This document shows, piece after piece, positions 53,141 to 63,233 of a stretch of DNA of 64,000 nucleotides. A program made the translations under genes and the position numbers. This DNA comes from an uncultured Gammaproteobacteria bacterium (GTDB taxonomy: Bacteria > Patescibacteriota > Patescibacteriia > SG8-24 > DYFX01): NCBI GenBank assembly GCA_964532415.1, contig CAZHHN010000001.1:11946-75945 (forward strand). The letters run 5' to 3'. The notes under the pieces were generated by a model, which was given only the letters and a program-made list of their open reading frames with translations, did not search any database and had not been told where the DNA came from. How positions within the stretch are numbered: the first letter of the stretch is position 1; each line of letters starts with the position of its first letter.

Positions 53141-53670
53141 GTGATATGGATACGTCCGTTAAGTTGCACCCCGAACAATTCCGCTCAGCACTTGAAAAGC
53201 TGTCTGAGGATAAGGTTGCGGATCTTGTTGATGGGTTCGTGGCAAGCGGGCTCAATCTCTCCAAAGAAGAAAAGCAGGCGGTCGAATTCGTTTTCTGGCT
53301 GAGTGCCCGGATTGAATCATTTCTGGGACGCGCCATTCAGGAAGTCTTGGGTACAGATGCTCGGGTTGGAAAGTATGTTGCTTCTCATTTGCGCGAAGTG
53401 CGGCAAGAAGTGTTGAAACAAACGACTGATGATCTGTATCTGGGCGGCAAAGTGCAATTAATGAGCAGGATTATTTCTGCTATTAAGGGCAAAAAATTCA
53501 AACTGGCTGAAGAGTTCCTCGGAACCATCAATCGATTGAGAAATGATATCTCGCATAACCGTTTCAAGTATCTAGAGTATAAGGGCCAGCTTGTTACCGA
53601 ACTAGCAACCAAGAAAAGAATTATCGGTGATTTCAAGGATATTTTTCAAGACATCGGCAAGAAAGAATAA
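53137..53670 (+). CDS. HEPN-motif (RxxxxH) protein
   Basis: All-helical; IE..L...I, LGGKV and INRLRNDISH; AT-richer than neighbours; GTGA overlap. Confidence 0.65.
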   Translation: MSDMDTSVKLHPEQFRSALEKLSEDKVADLVDGFVASGLNLSKEEKQAVEFVFWLSARIESFLGRAIQEVLGTDARVGKYVASHLREVRQEVLKQTTDDLYLGGKVQLMSRIISAIKGKKFKLAEEFLGTINRLRNDISHNRFKYLEYKGQLVTELATKKRIIGDFKDIFQDIGKKE

Positions 53671-53672
53671 CT

Positions 53673-54074
53673 ATGTCCCTCCTCCCAAAAAATATTTCTC
53701 CTTTCGATGAGGAACGCGGTCTGGCCGATCTCTCGAAAGGCTTCATCCCGGCGGTCGACGTCTACGAGAACGGCAGCGACGTGATCGTGGAGACGCCGCT
53801 CGCGGGCGTCGATCCGAAGGACGTCGAGGTCACGGTCGAGGGCGGCGTGCTGACGGTGCGCGGCAAAACCGAGCACCGCAAGGAAGTCGACGAGAAGGAT
53901 TATCTCTATAAGGAAGTCCGCTACGGTGCCTTCCAGCGTAAGATCGCCCTGCCCGCCCTCGTCGTCGGCGAGAAAGCCCAGGCGACATCGGAACACGGCA
54001 TGCTGCGCATCACGATTCCGAAGGCCGAAGGCGATAAGAAGCAGCCGGTGAAGGTGGAAATCAAGAAGAGATGA
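53673..54074 (+). CDS. small heat shock protein (Hsp20)
   Basis: PAVDVYE, GVDPKDV.V, YG.F.R.I.LP and GML.I.IPK. Confidence 0.95.
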   Translation: MSLLPKNISPFDEERGLADLSKGFIPAVDVYENGSDVIVETPLAGVDPKDVEVTVEGGVLTVRGKTEHRKEVDEKDYLYKEVRYGAFQRKIALPALVVGEKAQATSEHGMLRITIPKAEGDKKQPVKVEIKKR

Positions 54075-54136
54075 CGGCCGGGGAGGTCGCCTGCGGCGCC
54101 ACCCGCTGATTCGTGCATCAATTACATCAACTCTCT

Positions 54137-56044
54137 ATGCCAAAAATCCTCGGAATCGACCTCGGAACGACGAACTCGTGCATGGCCGTCATCGAAGGCG
54201 GCCAGCCGAAGGTGCTCGAAAACAAGGAAGGCGCGCGCACCACGCCGTCGATGGTGGCCGTTTCGAAAACCGGCGAGCGTTTGGTCGGCCAGCTCGCCAA
54301 GCGCCAGGCCGTCGTGAACCCGACCAACACGCTCTATTCGATCAAGCGCCTGATCGGTCGCCGCTGGGAAGACGCGGAAGTCCAGCGCGACGCCAAGCTC
54401 TTTCCTTTCAAGATCGTGAAGGCGGGGGAGGGCGCCAAGGTCGCCATGAGCGACAAGGAATATTCGCCGCAGGAAATCTCGGCCATGATCCTGCAGAAGC
54501 TCAAGGCCGACGCGGAAGAAAAACTGGGCGAGAAGATCGAGGAAGCCGTCATCACCGTGCCGGCCTACTTCGACGACGCGCAGAGACAGGCCACCAAGGA
54601 CGCCGGCGAGATTGCCGGCTTGAAAGTGCGCCGCATCATCAACGAGCCGACGGCCGCCGCGCTGGCCTACGGCTTCGACAAGAAGAAAGACGAAAAGATC
54701 GTGGTCTACGACCTGGGCGGCGGCACCTTCGACGTCTCGGTGCTGGAAGTCTCGGCCGACACGGTCGAAGTCAAAGCCACCAACGGAGACACGCACCTGG
54801 GCGGTGACGACTTCGACCAGATCCTGATCAACTGGATCGTCGGCGAGTTCAGGAAGTCCGACGGCATCGATCTCTCGAAAGATCCGCTGGCGCTCCAGCG
54901 CATCAAGGAAGCGGCCGAAAAGGCCAAGATCGAGCTCTCGACCGCGGCCACGACCGAAATTAACCAGCCGTTCATCGCCTCCGATCCGGCCACCGGTCCT
55001 AAACATTTGGTGCTGACGCTCTCGCGCTCCAAGCTCGAAGAGCTGGTCGGTGCGCTGGTCGAGAAAACGCTCGAACCGACCAAGAAGGCGCTCTCCGACG
55101 CCAAGCTGTCTGCTTCCGACATCAACGAAGTCGTCATGGTCGGCGGCATGACGCGCATGCCCCTCGTGCTCCAGACGGTCGAGAAGTTCTTCGGCAAGAA
55201 GCCGAACGTCAGCGTCAATCCGGACGAAGTCGTTGCGATCGGTGCGGCCGTTCAGGGCGGCGTCTTCCAGGGCGACGTCAAGGACGTGCTGCTGCTCGAC
55301 GTCACGCCGCTCTCGCTCGGCCTCGAAACGCTCGGCGGCGTCTCCACCAAGCTGATCGAGCGCAACACCACCATTCCGACCAGCAAAACGCAGGTCTTCT
55401 CGACCGCGGCCGACAACCAGCCCGGCGTTGAAATCCACGTGCTCCAGGGCGAGCGCGAAATGGCTTCCGACAACAAGTCGCTCGGGCGCTTCATGCTCGA
55501 CGGCATTCCGCCGGCGCCGCGCGGAGTTCCCCAGGTCGAAGTCACCTTCGATATCGACGCCAACGGCATCCTGAACGTCAAGGCCAGGGACAAGGCTTCC
55601 GGCAAGGAGCAGAAGATCACCATTACCGCTTCGACCGGCCTCTCGAAGGATGAAGTCGAGCGCATGAAGAAGGACGCCGAGGCGCACGCCGCCGAGGACA
55701 AGGCCAAGCGCGAGGCGATCGATCTCAAGAACAATGCCGAGACGATGATCTACACCACCGAAAAGATGGTGAAGGAGATGGGCGACAAGATGAAGCCGGA
55801 AGACAAAACGACGCTCGAAGAAAAAATCGAAGCGCTCAAGAAGGTCAAGGACTCCGCCGTGCCGGCCGATATCAAGAAAGCCGCCGAGGAACTCACCAAT
55901 CTGGCGCAGCGGATCGGCGGCGAGATGTACAAGGACCAGCCCGCCGGCGGAGAGGCCAAGCCCGACGACAAGTCCGCCGAAGGCGGATCCGCTTCTGGTG
56001 GAAAGGACGGCCCGATCGAGGGGGAAGTGGTCGACAAGAAATAA
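54137..56044 (+). CDS. dnaK: chaperone DnaK
   Basis: [30 protein letters not shown] and DVTPLSLG. Confidence 0.99.
   Translation: MPKILGIDLGTTNSCMAVIEGGQPKVLENKEGARTTPSMVAVSKTGERLVGQLAKRQAVVNPTNTLYSIKRLIGRRWEDAEVQRDAKLFPFKIVKAGEGAKVAMSDKEYSPQEISAMILQKLKADAEEKLGEKIEEAVITVPAYFDDAQRQATKDAGEIAGLKVRRIINEPTAAALAYGFDKKKDEKIVVYDLGGGTFDVSVLEVSADTVEVKATNGDTHLGGDDFDQILINWIVGEFRKSDGIDLSKDPLALQRIKEAAEKAKIELSTAATTEINQPFIASDPATGPKHLVLTLSRSKLEELVGALVEKTLEPTKKALSDAKLSASDINEVVMVGGMTRMPLVLQTVEKFFGKKPNVSVNPDEVVAIGAAVQGGVFQGDVKDVLLLDVTPLSLGLETLGGVSTKLIERNTTIPTSKTQVFSTAADNQPGVEIHVLQGEREMASDNKSLGRFMLDGIPPAPRGVPQVEVTFDIDANGILNVKARDKASGKEQKITITASTGLSKDEVERMKKDAEAHAAEDKAKREAIDLKNNAETMIYTTEKMVKEMGDKMKPEDKTTLEEKIEALKKVKDSAVPADIKKAAEELTNLAQRIGGEMYKDQPAGGEAKPDDKSAEGGSASGGKDGPIEGEVVDKK
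55973..56002. repeat. 30 bp in-frame double-hairpin element in the dnaK tail
   Basis: TCCGCC-GAA-GGCGGA + TCCGCT-TCT-GGTGGA, translated [10 protein letters not shown]. Confidence 0.65.
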
Positions 56045-56051
56045 AAAAGAG

Positions 56052-56735
56052 TCAGTTACCCGACTCCTCGGAAGATGGCGCGGTCGGGACGCACGAGACG
56101 CAACGGCCCTTCTCGGCGGCGCAGAAGTGACACCAGATCATGTTCGCTCCGGCGGTCCAATGTCCGCAGTCGCGTGCTTTCGAAAGTACGGGCGTGTGGC
56201 GGGGCGGCGGACGGCAGTCCCTGCATCGAATACCGGCGACGCCACTGTGGCGATGCAACCCGAAAATGGCTCGTAATCGCTCGCGTTTCGGGATGCGGTG
56301 ATCCAACTCAGAAGCTGACATGGCCAGGACGATCTGTGCGTGGTCTCCCATGAGCGGCGCATGCGCCGTCAAAAGCGCGTGCGCGTCAACGTAACCGTAG
56401 ATCTTAAACAGGATCGTGAACAGGTCGATATCGGCCTCAACGACTTCGGCGGCGGCTTTCGCGATTTCCCGCTCCGCTTCCGAGATCGTCGGCTTGGTGC
56501 AGTGTTGGCAGAGCCGATCCTTGTAGGCGCAACGCTCGCAGAGGCGAATACGCAGGTCCGATGGCAGCGCCTGCCCTTCGCACCACCGCCCTGGGCACGG
56601 ACGACGCTGGGCGAGCCGTCGTTCGCGCGCGTCACGTCGATGAGGATCGCATGAGCCGGTCCAAGGCATCGGCTGGACCGGCGGTACCGGGGGCGGATTT
56701 TCAAACTCGGGCAAGCAAGGCTGGCAGAGATGCAT
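56052..56735 (-). CDS. Cys-rich protein with two CRIPT-like Zn-binding modules
   Basis: AGGAGA SD; CQPC..CP..C..CERCAYKDRLCQHC and CRDC..CGH..CHFCAAEKGRCVSC. Confidence 0.7.
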   Translation of the reverse strand: MHLCQPCLPEFENPPPVPPVQPMPWTGSCDPHRRDARERRLAQRRPCPGRWCEGQALPSDLRIRLCERCAYKDRLCQHCTKPTISEAEREIAKAAAEVVEADIDLFTILFKIYGYVDAHALLTAHAPLMGDHAQIVLAMSASELDHRIPKRERLRAIFGLHRHSGVAGIRCRDCRPPPRHTPVLSKARDCGHWTAGANMIWCHFCAAEKGRCVSCVPTAPSSEESGN

Positions 56736-56811
56736 GGCGGTCTCCTGGCATGAGGTCTCCCCCTACCGCTGCTCTCACCTAAACGTATTTGCCGCCTCCT
56801 GTCAAACACTT

Positions 56812-57876
56812 ATGGCCAAAGACTACTACAAGATCCTGGGTATCGAACGGAACGCTTCCGACGAGGAAATCAAGAAAGCCTTCCGGTCTTTGGCGCACAA
56901 ATACCATCCCGACAAGGAAGGCGGCAACGAGGCCAAGTTCAAGGAGATCAACGAGGCCTATCAGGTGCTGGGCGACCCCAAGAAAAAATCGCAGTACGAC
57001 CAGTTCGGCCAGACCTTCGACCAAGGCGGGGGCGGATTCGGCGGGCAGGGATTCGGCGGCTTCCAGGGCGCCAACTTCGACATGGGCGATCTTTCCGAGA
57101 TGTTCGGCGACATGTTCGGGATGGGCGGCGGCCGCGCGCGGCGCAGGGCGCAGGGCGGCGATATCGAAGTCAACGCAACGATCGGCTTCGCCGAAGCGGC
57201 CTTCGGCGTTGAGAAGACGATCGAACTTTACAAGCCCGTCCGGTGCGCGGCCTGTTCCGGCACCGGCATCCCGTCCGGCGCCAAAATGCACACGTGCAAA
57301 ACCTGCGGGGGTCAGGGGCGCGTGCGCCAGATGCAGCGGTCGATCCTCGGCAGCTTCGAGGCGGTTGTGGCCTGCGGCGCGTGCCACGGCACCGGCAACG
57401 TGCCGGAAAAGGAATGCAAAGAATGCGGCGGCGCCGGCGTCAGGCGCGAGAAGGTTTCGCTGCAGGTCAGGATCCCGGCCGGCATCGATCACGGCGAAAC
57501 GATCCGCATCCCGGGCCAGGGCGAAGCTGCCGGACACGGGGGAGCGCCCGGCGATCTGTACCTGCACGTCCGCGTCCAGTCCGATCCGCGTTTCGAGCGC
57601 GACGGGTCCGACGTCTACTCGAATCTGCGTATTCGATTCTCCGAGGCGGCACTGGGCGCGGAGCGGGAAATCGAAACGCTCGATGGGCCGGTCACGCTCA
57701 GGGTTCCGGCCGGCACGCAGTCCGGCGCGGAGATTCGCCTCAAAGGCCGTGGCGTCGTCAAACTGCGCGCGAGCGGCCGTGGCGACCATTTCGTGCGGGT
57801 GACGGTCGAAACGCCCTCCCATCTTTCACGGAAAACCCGACAGTTGATGGAGGAGCTGGGAAAAGAAGGTCTTTGA
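56812..57876 (+). CDS. dnaJ: chaperone DnaJ
   Basis: DYY.ILG, HPD, G/F region, four CxxCxGxG, GDLY. Confidence 0.98.
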   Translation: MAKDYYKILGIERNASDEEIKKAFRSLAHKYHPDKEGGNEAKFKEINEAYQVLGDPKKKSQYDQFGQTFDQGGGGFGGQGFGGFQGANFDMGDLSEMFGDMFGMGGGRARRRAQGGDIEVNATIGFAEAAFGVEKTIELYKPVRCAACSGTGIPSGAKMHTCKTCGGQGRVRQMQRSILGSFEAVVACGACHGTGNVPEKECKECGGAGVRREKVSLQVRIPAGIDHGETIRIPGQGEAAGHGGAPGDLYLHVRVQSDPRFERDGSDVYSNLRIRFSEAALGAEREIETLDGPVTLRVPAGTQSGAEIRLKGRGVVKLRASGRGDHFVRVTVETPSHLSRKTRQLMEELGKEGL

Positions 57877-57961
57877 ATCGAGCCAAAAAGGATCAGTTAT
57901 CCCCACGGCCAAAAATACGCAAAAAAGGTATACTGCAGACACTTTCACTTTGCCTCAACCT

Positions 57962-60502
57962 ATGCAGATCGACCCTGCCGTTCGGAAGTTGGCCGCCGCC
58001 CTGAGCGCCGCGGCGCTCTTCTCGTTCGCCTATGCCGCGCAGGCCCAGTTCACGGCGCCGACCTGCACGCCGCCGAACTGCAGCCCGGCCGTCATTCAGA
58101 ACATTCCGCTGACCGGATCGACCCAGAACGCCGGGATCAACATCAGCGGCGACATCAAGGCGGGCGCCACCTTCCAAGCCGCTCAGACGCTGCTTCCACT
58201 CGGTACGGTCGCCGCGCCAACCTATACGTTCGTCGGCGACACCAACACCGGTTTCTATTCGCCGGCCGTCGATCAAATCGGCATCACGACCGGCGGCGCC
58301 CAGCGCTTCCTCGTGAACGGCAGCGGCGCGACGGTCGCGACCGGCCAGCTGACCCTGCCGGTCGGCAGTGCGGCCGTTCCTGCCATGACTTTCGCCGGCG
58401 ATACCAACACCGGCATCTTCCATAACGCGGCCGATACCCTCAACCTCGCCACTAACGGTGTTTCGCGCCTCGCCGTCGATTCTGCCGGCGCCGTGACGGT
58501 CCCTGGCAACCTGACGGTCAGCGGTTCGCTGACGGCCACGTTCGCGGGCGACGGCAGCCTGCTCACCAACCTGAACGCCGGCAATATCGCAACCGGCACG
58601 CTGAACGACGCACGCCTGTCGTCCAACATCCCCAGGCTGAACGCCGCCAACGCCTTTACCGGCAACAATACCCTGAGCGGCATGTCTTCTTTTGGAAGTT
58701 CCGCGCTGGTTCTTGCCGCCGGCCAGAATCTGGTCTACGGCAATATCGCGACCGGCTCGACGGGCAACCTCCTGCTGCTGCAGAAAAACAGCGCCGATCA
58801 ATTCCGCGTCGATCCGTCCGGTAACATTGTTGCGGCCGGCGGCCTGACGGCCACCACCGGCACCTTCAGCGGTAACGTCAGCGTGGCCGGACAGAGCGTC
58901 TGCCGGGCCGACGGCACCAACTGCCCACCAACGATCAACGGAAGCGGTACCACCAATTTCGTCCTGAAATTCACTCCTTCCGGTAATGTCGTCGGCAACT
59001 CCCAGCTTCAGGATGACGGGACGGGCGTCGGCGTCGGCGGCGTTCCGGTCGCCGGCATCAAGCTTTCGGTCGCCGGCAATATCGGGATGTCGTCCGGTTC
59101 ATACCTATCCGCCATCAATAACGGAACCGGCGCGGTATTAAGGACGAGCCGGTCCGACAACACCCAGGTTGGCCAGATCAAGACCAACGGCTGGGGCAAC
59201 TTTTCGACCAGCAGCGGCCTGGCCGTCGGCTATGATTGGCCGAACAGCCCGCAATCCGGCCTGATCGTCAACGGTAACCTCGGCATCGGTATAGCTGCGC
59301 CGCTCGGAAAAGTACAGATCGCGACGAATGACGACACGAATCCCACCAGTGTGAGCGCCTGGGATGCGCGGCATTTCGTGGTCGGCCAGCCTGCCAACGC
59401 GGGCGCCGTCGGCATTTCATACAACAATACGGGAGGATACGGCATCATCGATGCGCTCTCTCCCGGCGTGGCCTGGAAGAATCTCATCCTTCAGAGCGGC
59501 GGCGGCAACGTCGGCATCGGCACGCTGGCCCCTTCCCAACGGCTGGAAGTGAACGGAACGGCCGCCGCTTCGAAAATCATCGCCGGCGGCGGAGCGTCAA
59601 GCAATTGGGCCGACGTCAACGCTCCGGTATTGATGGCCGGTTCGGTAATCTACTCCTACGGATCGATCTGCGCCGGTGAAAGCAACGGCAACTGCACCGG
59701 CAACGGCGGCGTGGTTATCGGCGGCAGCGACCCCAATGCCTGGACCAATCTTACGAGTAGCGGTAATTCGTTCTTCACCGGCAGGCTCGGCATCGGGACG
59801 AAGACGCCGACGGCGCCATTGGCGGTTGAGACTTGGGGAGACGACTACGCCGGCACCTTCTTCAACGGCAGTGCGGGATTTGGCGGTGCTTCCCGTGCCA
59901 TTTTTGCACAGGCGGGGAACTTTGCGGTCGGTGCTGGCACGGAGTATGCCATCCAAGCGGATGCTTATAGTAACGGTGCATCGGCCTATGCCCTTTATGC
60001 CACGGCAAGCTGCTTGAGCTGCGGAGGGGCCGCTTGGGGTGTGTATATCGGATCCGGCGGAGCGGCTAAACCGGGTGGAGGTCCGTGGAGCGCGACGTCC
60101 GATCGGCGCGTGAAAAAGGACATCACTCCGTTTAAGGAGGGTTTGAATGTTCTGCGCCAAATCAACCCGATCAACTACACCTATAACGGTCTTGGCGAAA
60201 TGCCGGAAGGTTTTAAGGCGGTCGGCGTGATCGCTCAGGATGTCAAGAAGATCGCGCCTTACATGGTCACGACTGATTATCGCAAGCTACGCCCGACCGA
60301 TACCGAAAAAACGCCGATCTATATGGTGGATCCGAATGACTTCACGTACATGACCATCAACGCCATCAAGGAACTCGATCTGCGGATCGACGGGCTCGAA
60401 GCCAGGGTCGCCGGGCGGCAGGACGACCAGGACCGGCGTATCCAAGCGCTGGAAGCCGAAGTCTCCGCGCTCCAGGCCGAAGTGAAGGCGTTAAAACCTT
60501 AG
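57962..60502 (+). CDS. secreted tail-fibre-like adhesin with C-terminal S74 intramolecular chaperone
   Basis: Signal peptide (AQA|QF); two G...AP..TF.GDTNTG repeats; GNVGIGT repeats; SDRRVKKDI...GVIAQDV...NAIKEL plus coiled coil. Confidence 0.88.
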   Translation: MQIDPAVRKLAAALSAAALFSFAYAAQAQFTAPTCTPPNCSPAVIQNIPLTGSTQNAGINISGDIKAGATFQAAQTLLPLGTVAAPTYTFVGDTNTGFYSPAVDQIGITTGGAQRFLVNGSGATVATGQLTLPVGSAAVPAMTFAGDTNTGIFHNAADTLNLATNGVSRLAVDSAGAVTVPGNLTVSGSLTATFAGDGSLLTNLNAGNIATGTLNDARLSSNIPRLNAANAFTGNNTLSGMSSFGSSALVLAAGQNLVYGNIATGSTGNLLLLQKNSADQFRVDPSGNIVAAGGLTATTGTFSGNVSVAGQSVCRADGTNCPPTINGSGTTNFVLKFTPSGNVVGNSQLQDDGTGVGVGGVPVAGIKLSVAGNIGMSSGSYLSAINNGTGAVLRTSRSDNTQVGQIKTNGWGNFSTSSGLAVGYDWPNSPQSGLIVNGNLGIGIAAPLGKVQIATNDDTNPTSVSAWDARHFVVGQPANAGAVGISYNNTGGYGIIDALSPGVAWKNLILQSGGGNVGIGTLAPSQRLEVNGTAAASKIIAGGGASSNWADVNAPVLMAGSVIYSYGSICAGESNGNCTGNGGVVIGGSDPNAWTNLTSSGNSFFTGRLGIGTKTPTAPLAVETWGDDYAGTFFNGSAGFGGASRAIFAQAGNFAVGAGTEYAIQADAYSNGASAYALYATASCLSCGGAAWGVYIGSGGAAKPGGGPWSATSDRRVKKDITPFKEGLNVLRQINPINYTYNGLGEMPEGFKAVGVIAQDVKKIAPYMVTTDYRKLRPTDTEKTPIYMVDPNDFTYMTINAIKELDLRIDGLEARVAGRQDDQDRRIQALEAEVSALQAEVKALKP

Positions 60503-60506
60503 CCTG

Positions 60507-60540
60507 AAAAAAGACCGCCGGGCGAGGCGGTCTTTCGTTT
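60507..60540. terminator. bidirectional terminator
   Basis: AAAAAGACCGCC-GGGCGA-GGCGGTCTTTCGTTT between convergent genes. Confidence 0.75.
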
Positions 60541-61142
60541 CAGCGGATTCGCACTTCCGTGGCGTCGAAAACGGATTCTTTCAGGATGTTATGATCGGCG
60601 CTGATCTGGGCGAAACTCCCGGCAGTCACTTCCGAAAGCGGAATGGGGATTTCTTTGGAAGGATTAACGGGATGGTATTTGGTGAGATCGCCGCCGGCCG
60701 CCGTCAGGGCATCTTGCTGCTCTTTCTGCAGCTCTTCTCCCGATTTCTGCGCGATCCGATAGAACTTGGTGGTTGGGGTGATCCGTACGGTCCTTTTGGC
60801 GGGTCCGGGCAGCTGCTCAAGCGGATTCGCCACCGTCAGATCGACTTCAAACTCGAGCGAATCCCTGCCGACGGAAACGATCCTGCCCATCAGGATCGAA
60901 GTTTCATTCGGCACCGACGGGAAGAAATGCAGCTTCTCCAATTTTTCCCGCGCGGCGTCGTATCCTTCCTGATACGTCGGGGCGAGCGGAATCGAGAAGC
61001 GCCCGATGCCGTAGCCGGTCAGGAGTCCGGCCGTGAGTCCGATCAGGGCGCTGGTCGGGATCTTCCGGCCGACGCGGGTCGGCCGGGGCCGGGTTGCCGG
61101 CGCGGGCGTCGGCGGCTTGGGAAGCGGCGTGCTGATTGGCAT
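60540..61142 (-). CDS. membrane-anchored hypothetical protein
   Basis: P-rich N-terminus, single TM, OB-like G.I.SV...V.IT..T..Y pattern. Confidence 0.7.
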   Translation of the reverse strand: MPISTPLPKPPTPAPATRPRPTRVGRKIPTSALIGLTAGLLTGYGIGRFSIPLAPTYQEGYDAAREKLEKLHFFPSVPNETSILMGRIVSVGRDSLEFEVDLTVANPLEQLPGPAKRTVRITPTTKFYRIAQKSGEELQKEQQDALTAAGGDLTKYHPVNPSKEIPIPLSEVTAGSFAQISADHNILKESVFDATEVRIR

Positions 61143-61183
61143 ATTGAAAAGTTTATGGAACAATGCTTCCGCAAGTATAGCAT

Positions 61184-62692
61184 ATGCCGATGCGCCTCCA
61201 CGACACGCTCAGCCGGGACTTGAAGGATTTTCCGTCCGACCACGACGGTCCGGTCACGATCTACGCCTGCGGGCCGACGGTGTATCACTACGCCCATATC
61301 GGCAATTTGAGGACGTTTTTGACCGTCGATCTGCTGCGGCGCTATTTGGAATACAGGGGGAAAAAGGTGAAGCTGGTCATGAACATCACCGACGTCGGGC
61401 ACATGCTGAACGACGCCGAGAAGGGCGAGGACAAAATCGAAGCGGCGGCCAAAAAGGAAGGCAAAACCCAGGAAGAGATCGCCGCATTCTACACGAAGGC
61501 GTTTTTCTCCGATCTGAAAGCGCTCAACTTCAAGATAGAGCCCGGCGTTATGCAGGCGGCTTTGGAAGGCAAGCCGTATCTCGACGGCTTTCCGCGCGCC
61601 ACTGAAAATGTCGAAGGGGAGAGCGGCATGATCGAACTGGTCAAGAGGCTGCTCGACAAGGGTCTGGCCTATCCGACCGAACAAGGCGACGTCTATTACG
61701 ACGTGGCGAAGTTTGGGAACTATGGCCAGCTTTCCGGCAACGCTGTCGAGGCGCTCAGGGCCGGTGCGCGCGTTGAAGTGCAGGACGACAAGCGTCATCC
61801 GGCCGATTTCGCGCTTTGGATCCATAACGAGGCTCATCAGATGCAGTGGGCATTCGATTGGAAAAATCCGGCAACCGGTGAAATCTTGGGTTTCAAGGGC
61901 TATCCCGGCTGGCATCTGGAATGTTCGGCCATGGCCCAGAAGTATCTTGGCAAGACCATCGACCTGCATTGCGGCGGCGAAGATCTGAAGTTCCCGCATC
62001 ACGAATGCGAAATCGCCCAGTCCGAAGGCGCGACCGGAGAAACGTTCGCCAGGCACTGGCTGCACGTGACCTATCTCCTGGTCGACGGCGAGAAGATGTC
62101 GAAGTCGAAAGGGAATTTCTATACGCTGCAGGATTTGCTGGACAAGGGCTATTCGGCGGAGGCGATCCGTATGTTACTGCTCTCCACACACTACCGTTCG
62201 CAGCTCAATTTCACCTTGGCTGGGCTCGACGCGACCAAGAAAGCAATCCGACGTTTTCAGGCAACGACAGTTGCCTTCAAAAAAGTGCCGGCCGATGTGA
62301 AGAATACCGGCCGAGTCCACGAACATATCGATAGGGCACGCGACAGCATTGCAAAAGCTTTGGACGAGGATTTGAATGTCTCGCATGCCATCGCCGAAAT
62401 GTATGCCTTCCAAGGCGGGGTCAACAAATTGAGAGATTTCGGGAACGTCGGTCCCAAAGACGCGGCAGCAGTGCTCGATTTCATGCAGAGTCTCGACAAT
62501 ATTTTTGGCTTTGGATTCACCAAAGAACTCATCGAAGAGGCTCATGAGGAAGTAAGTCGCTTGCTTGAGGAACGTGGGACTGCCCGCGCCGAAAAGCGCT
62601 GGACCGACTCCGACCGCCTGCGCGACGAGATCGCCGCCAAAGGCTGGATCGTGGAGGACACGCCGCAGGGGCAGAAGCTCCGGAAAGCCTGA
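61184..62692 (+). CDS. cysS: cysteine--tRNA ligase
   Basis: YACGPTVY..AHIGN, NITDV, DFALW, PGWHLECS, FPHHECE and KMSKS. Confidence 0.98.
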   Translation: MPMRLHDTLSRDLKDFPSDHDGPVTIYACGPTVYHYAHIGNLRTFLTVDLLRRYLEYRGKKVKLVMNITDVGHMLNDAEKGEDKIEAAAKKEGKTQEEIAAFYTKAFFSDLKALNFKIEPGVMQAALEGKPYLDGFPRATENVEGESGMIELVKRLLDKGLAYPTEQGDVYYDVAKFGNYGQLSGNAVEALRAGARVEVQDDKRHPADFALWIHNEAHQMQWAFDWKNPATGEILGFKGYPGWHLECSAMAQKYLGKTIDLHCGGEDLKFPHHECEIAQSEGATGETFARHWLHVTYLLVDGEKMSKSKGNFYTLQDLLDKGYSAEAIRMLLLSTHYRSQLNFTLAGLDATKKAIRRFQATTVAFKKVPADVKNTGRVHEHIDRARDSIAKALDEDLNVSHAIAEMYAFQGGVNKLRDFGNVGPKDAAAVLDFMQSLDNIFGFGFTKELIEEAHEEVSRLLEERGTARAEKRWTDSDRLRDEIAAKGWIVEDTPQGQKLRKA

Positions 62693-62753
62693 ATCATCGA
62701 CAAAAAGGCGCATCCGAAAGGGCTTCGTGCTATACTGAAACCGATACGCGCCT

Positions 62754-63233
62754 ATGCCACAGGAAGGGGAAACGCCCGCATTCGAACAATCCCCGCGGCT
62801 GCCGGAAGGCTCTGCCGAAACTCCCGAACGCGGAGCTTCTTTCGAAACGCCCGCTCCCGGCACCGAGCAGCCTTCCGCTCCCGTTCCTTCGCCGGCGACA
62901 ACCTCTGCGGCGCCTGCACCCGCACAACCGGCCAAAGACCCGACCCTGCGGCAGGTGGAAGATGTCCTTGAAGAGGGCTTGGCCGAGGTCTATAAAAAAA
63001 TGGATCCGGCCCATCAGGCCAGGTTCAGCAAGGAAGGGGACCGGGTGGCCGGCCGGGTGACCGAGATGATCCGCCAGGCCCGGGTGCGCGCCCGCGAAGT
63101 GCTCTCGCTCATCTCCAACTGGCTGAAGATCATTCCCGGCGTGAACCGCTTTTTCCTCGACCAGGAAGCCAAGATCAAGACCGACCGCATCATCGCGCTG
63201 GCCGGGGAAGAAAAAAAGCGACGTGGCGTATGA
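62754..63233 (+). CDS. conserved hypothetical protein
   Basis: VE.VLEEGL..VY and WLK.IPGVN.FFL.QEAKIK.D.I; ATGA-coupled to the next gene. Confidence 0.8.
   Translation: MPQEGETPAFEQSPRLPEGSAETPERGASFETPAPGTEQPSAPVPSPATTSAAPAPAQPAKDPTLRQVEDVLEEGLAEVYKKMDPAHQARFSKEGDRVAGRVTEMIRQARVRAREVLSLISNWLKIIPGVNRFFLDQEAKIKTDRIIALAGEEKKRRGV

Noticed and set aside
57950-60502. Prophage
   Set aside because: Lone fibre gene with a signal peptide; no capsid, terminase, portal or integrase.
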